From: Rhina ancylostomus
Lineage: Eukaryota
Direction of reading: 5' to 3'
NCBI GenBank assembly: GCA_030265395.1
Contig: JARFYF010000094.1
Location: forward strand, 29,416,901 to 29,480,900
DNA length: 64,000 nucleotides
Below, in pieces: positions 58,963 through 64,000 of this stretch. The notes under the pieces are model-generated. The model saw only the letters and a program-made list of their open reading frames with translations. It was not told where the DNA came from and did no database searches. Within the stretch, counting starts at the first letter, position 1. Each line of letters starts with the position of its first letter. A program made the position numbers and the translations under genes.

Positions 58963-61900
58963 NNNNNNNNNNNNNNNNNNNNNNNNNNNNNNNNNNNNNN
59001 NNNNNNNNNNNNNNNNNNNNNNNNNNNNNNNNNNNNNNNNNNNNNNNNNNNNNNNNNNNNNNNNNNNNNNNNNNNNNNNNNNNNNNNNNNNNNNNNNNNN
59101 NNNNNNNNNNNNNNNNNNNNNNNNNNNNNNNNNNNNNNNNNNNNNNNNNNNNNNNNNNNNNNNNNNNNNNNNNNNNNNNNNNNNNNNNNNNNNNNNNNNN
59201 NNNNNNNNNNNNNNNNNNNNNNNNNNNNNNNNNNNNNNNNNNNNNNNNNNNNNNNNNNNNNNNNNNNNNNNNNNNNNNNNNNNNNNNNNNNNNNNNNNNN
59301 NNNNNNNNNNNNNNNNNNNNNNNNNNNNNNNNNNNNNNNNNNNNNNNNNNNNNNNNNNNNNNNNNNNNNNNNNNNNNNNNNNNNNNNNNNNNNNNNNNNN
59401 NNNNNNNNNNNNNNNNNNNNNNNNNNNNNNNNNNNNNNNNNNNNNNNNNNNNNNNNNNNNNNNNNNNNNNNNNNNNNNNNNNNNNNNNNNNNNNNNNNNN
59501 NNNNNNNNNNNNNNNNNNNNNNNNNNNNNNNNNNNNNNNNNNNNNNNNNNNNNNNNNNNNNNNNNNNNNNNNNNNNNNNNNNNNNNNNNNNNNNNNNNNN
59601 NNNNNNNNNNNNNNNNNNNNNNNNNNNNNNNNNNNNNNNNNNNNNNNNNNNNNNNNNNNNNNNNNNNNNNNNNNNNNNNNNNNNNNNNNNNNNNNNNNNN
59701 NNNNNNNNNNNNNNNNNNNNNNNNNNNNNNNNNNNNNNNNNNNNNNNNNNNNNNNNNNNNNNNNNNNNNNNNNNNNNNNNNNNNNNNNNNNNNNNNNNNN
59801 NNNNNNNNNNNNNNNNNNNNNNNNNNNNNNNNNNNNNNNNNNNAAATGTTTAAATTAAAAAATTCTGAAACAATCCAGAATATTCCAACAACAAAACAAA
59901 GGGTATATATGTTCTAATATTGTTTCGACTATTGAATGATCAGCAAGTGCTTCTGAAGTGATCAATGTATGGGATTTATTTCCAGATAGATCGGCCAGTG
60001 GACTGGAAACAAACATATGGGAAACATTTCAGAAAGCAATAGATGCTGCAATAGATACTGGATGGGTCTGTCCTTGCTAAGATTCAGCATTTTACATGCA
60101 CCCTCACATGACTCATCCTGGGTTTCATCGATTTCAAGCTGCTTCTTCAGAGCTCACACTGAACCAATTTACACCGAACTTTGCAAGCTTACAACAAAAT
60201 CAATCATCTTCCATCTTAAATCTTACAACAGGTTTCAAACCTTTCTTGCCTCATTTGATGTTACAAGCACAATGTACTTTATGGAACATCGGCACATGTC
60301 AAGGTAAGATAAGACTGTTGAGTGGTGCTTATTTTGAACAGGTCTCATTCTACCTCATCACCACAGTGGTTCCCGGATATACCCGCCTGGGGAATTCATA
60401 TTCAAGTAATTCAGAGGTCAACAGTGGGCTGACGTACTCACTACTGATGCAAAATCTTGGGATACTACATCTGTCATTTGACTCAAAATAGTGTCGCAGA
60501 GTCATTCACCCTAACTGGCAAGGAATTGATTCTTGCAGGTCTGGCACCCTGGACAACAAAATGATCTCCAAAAAAAAGTCATCCTAGACTGATGTTTTAA
60601 GGAGCAGCCTATTACCTATTTAAGTATGGACATCCTGTCTAAATTGGGACAGTTGGGAATTCTCTTAAGTCTATCCACCTCCTCCTTCCTTCCTGCAACT
60701 GCAATGAGTAGCAGTTAAAATGTCAACCTCTGATAGACGACCAGGTGACATCCTTGACCAAGCCAGCCATCACAGCTGGACATTTAACTGCTGGGTGCAG
60801 CTGCTATACATTAGCCAGCACTGGCACTTGTCCCTCATCATAAAACAATTCCCCTGCAGTTCATAGAAGCTCCATTCAGAGGATTGCTCCAACTCCAGGC
60901 ACACTTGAATTTATCTTCCATGTTAGCACGGATATAGATACACTCTGCTAACTGCAAAATCCTGGCTGTTGGGTCACTTCTCAGCCAGGATTAGACCTTC
61001 ACAGGTCAGATGCCACATTAAACATTGGGCATCCCATTTACTACCAGAGGAAACATGCCAAAATCCTGCACAAAATAACTACTGAATCATAGCGAGTGAA
61101 TTAAGTGCCTTTACGGAGCTTACTACAGACATTTCTTCACAGGTAATGGATATCAAACAACATTGGCAAAGCTTCACTTCACAAACTATATTCTTTGGGG
61201 AAGTTCAAAAGCAAAGACAAAATGTATAATTGCAATTTACATTGGCCTCTCAGCATACTGAGCTGGTTGAAAGAACTTGGACACCAAAAAGTGCAGATCT
61301 AATCCTTTAGTAGGATAATATTACATCCTTCAGTAAAATGTATTAATCACAGGTGTACCCAAATTGCTTGAAGATCCAATGAAACCTGACAGCTCATGGT
61401 AAATGTGAGCAAACTTTTTTTTTAAAACATACATCTTGATGAAAAGCAAACACAGAATGAACAAGCTGCTAAGCAGAAAAAAAATTCAACAAACTGGCCA
61501 TTTATAAGTTTGACCTGAAAAGCATAGTCACTACAGAACTACTTTACACATCACTGTACAAATTGGGCTCCCTGATCAAGAAAGAATTACAGACACAGAA
61601 AGCACCTTCAACAAATATGAAAATATTTTTCTGAGAGTTATTGACTGGAAATAACAATGATGTGTAGGGCAAGTAAAAAGGAAGATAAACTTGGATTAGT
61701 AGCTGTGTTGCCAGTTAAAAGACTTGATTGTAAATTACTGATGGCTTGACTGATACTGGTCTAGAGACAAAAAAGAAATGATACTGAAGAAAGCAGTTTT
61801 CAGTGAATTGTCAAAACAAGGCTCCTCGTCAATTTGTTAAGAAATGACTTGACAATATCCGAGCAGGTGTCTGCAACCTGAGCCAAGCCAATCCAGCAAC

Positions 61901-64000
61901 TGGGAAAATATCTTCAGGACTGCAACATTTAATATTGACGTGAGACACAAATGTACTTATCTATTCTCCCCTCATCTCTGGTTTGGTGTTCATTAAGATG
62001 CAGCAACCACACAGCAAGTTCTCAATCTTAGCTGTGATACACCAGCTGCTGCCTTTATACAGGAAGGAAGGTAAATAGTCTCATATCATTATGGCAGATT
62101 GAGCAATAGATCATCTGCTCTGAGGAATACCAAATGGGGGCAGGGCATAAATAAAGGAAGAGAATCACAAAGGGAAAGAAGATATTAGGCTGCATCTTTG
62201 GATGATAGCAATCCACTCAAGTTCAATGGTTAACTGCCCTTAGATCACACAGAACTAGTGAGCGTGGCCCCAAGCTCAGTCTTCCATTAAAAGGCTAGCT
62301 GCCAGCTGATGAGTGATGCTCAGTGCTGCAGAGGGTCACTCCTGTCTTCTGAATGGCTTTAACTGATATTAAGGCACTGACCCCAAAAGTTCAACTGCTT
62401 TCAAAGCGATTGACGTTCAAATGTACTTATGCATTACTAGCAAAATCAAGTAATATGAAAATTTTAAATTTAAAAGATTTAAAAATTTAACACTAAAATA
62501 ATTTTAAATTAACCATATTAAATCAAATAAAAAGATCTACTTACTGTTTCGTGGGCAGCAATTTCTCACTGATTTCCACAGGGACAATTTAACCCGGCAC
62601 AAGTTCAATACACAAATCTGTCAACCAAAGGGCCCGGAAATCTGAGAGTTTCTGCATGGCCCACCAGACTCCATTAGCAATCCACTGAACAGGGCAGGAG
62701 TCCTGGGGGCCAAGCGCAACAACCAGCTTTTTGGCATAAGACTTCTCCTTTATTTAAAATTTAGAAAGAATAAACACTATTAAAACTCTTGGAAATATAT
62801 TCACGTTGATAAATTATTTACTCTTGTTGGGAGAGTCTAGATTAATTCCAACCCTGTAGGTTACTCCATTAGCTGTTGACACACGTGACGTATTACGCAG
62901 AAACCTATGCAGTGCATGAACAATGAAAGAGTTTCTTTGTTCGAAGTGCAGAACAAAGAAAGGATGGAACAGTGAGAAGTCAGAAATACTTTAATGCCAG
63001 CTCAACCTAACTGGTAGCCCTAAATCAGAAAGATAATTCACTAAACTACGCTTCAAATTTTAGAAGATGGCTTCAGTTAACATCCCCAAATACTTCTGTG
63101 TTAATAGAAGCTCCCAAGTAGAACTTCATATGCAACATCATGATAATAAATTAAGCTAAAAGTCTCTTCAGGAACAGTCAAAAGATTTTTAAGAAGTCAA
63201 TAAACAGGCAAAATACCAAAGTTACTTTAATTTTATCCAGCTGTGTCAGAAGATGGTGAATAAAACAGGAACCAAATCAACATAAAATAGTTTAGGAGAG
63301 GAACAATGATTATTTTTAATAAATCTGTGAAAAAGCCTCTTGAAACCTATGTCAAATAAATATCGATATCATACTGATATATGTAGGTATAATGTATATT
63401 TTGTAAACAAATGGAAAATTTTTCTAGTGGTATCAATGATAGAATATTACCATATTACAAATTGTATGACTACTAAATTTATCCTTCGGAAATACACTGC
63501 TTGACTCTAAGTACTTAAAAATATTCTTTCAACAATTAGTGGGGTCAGTAATTTCCAAACTGGAGAATTCAGGCACCAGACTGTTTCCAACACAGGTGGG
63601 AGCTGCTGAAGTAATCTGAACTGTTTTCCTTTAATTTCATTGCAGGACCAAGACCCCAGCTATGAGACTGACACAGAAAAAANNNNTTTTTATATATGAC
63701 AGGAAAGTTTACTGAAAAATATTAAACATTTTAATATGATTTTAAACAGTGTGTGTACTATTTAGCCTCTTCTTACACCAACATTGCACTAAACCCAGAT
63801 TACAAAGCCACCTTCAAAGCACCTGAAAACAAATCAGTGAAGATGCCTATACAAAGAGTAGTTTGGATTCCTCATTCTAATTTGGATTCTGGTCGTGAAT
63901 GAGATGTACTGACTGGCCTTAACCCAAGAACAAATGTGAATGAATTCAGGAAAAGAATGAGCATTACATCCACTGGATGCCTCCATTATAGCTGGAGGTG

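Noticed and set aside
58888-59853. 321-aa ORF and other X-rich ORFs (6311-6644, 7393-7822, 17670-18019, 34762-35298)
   Set aside because: They span N gaps and are artefacts of translating unknown bases.
1-64000. Prokaryotic-type systems (CRISPR arrays, operons, defence islands), rRNA, snoRNA or miRNA genes
   Set aside because: The sequence is vertebrate repeat-rich non-coding DNA. I saw no regularly spaced repeats, long ORFs or recognisable RNA gene.

Overview
AT-rich, non-coding vertebrate DNA from a gapped draft assembly (many N runs). The repeat content points to a cartilaginous fish, probably a ray, skate or sawfish: V-domain (HE1-like) SINEs, Deu-domain SINEs, CR1, L2 and Rex1/Babar LINE relics, and Penelope-like element (PLE) fragments. 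I recognise no host protein-coding exon, so this is most likely a large intron or intergenic stretch with TE-free blocks that look like regulatory elements. The ORF track is mostly noise, N-gap artefacts or retroelement remnants. Main observations: (1) the PLE 3' repeats contain a minimal type I hammerhead ribozyme motif, with compensatory stem changes between subfamilies; (2) these repeats occur five times as inverted pairs, and in three of them the junction falls inside the ribozyme motif; (3) a three-level nested insertion (CR1 > Rex1 > TG..CA element with a 5-bp TSD); (4) a hairpin-rich symmetric element near 49.8-50.7 kb; (5) an RFX X-box cluster. Repeat family names come from my recollection of consensus sequences, not from a database search, and their boundaries are approximate.
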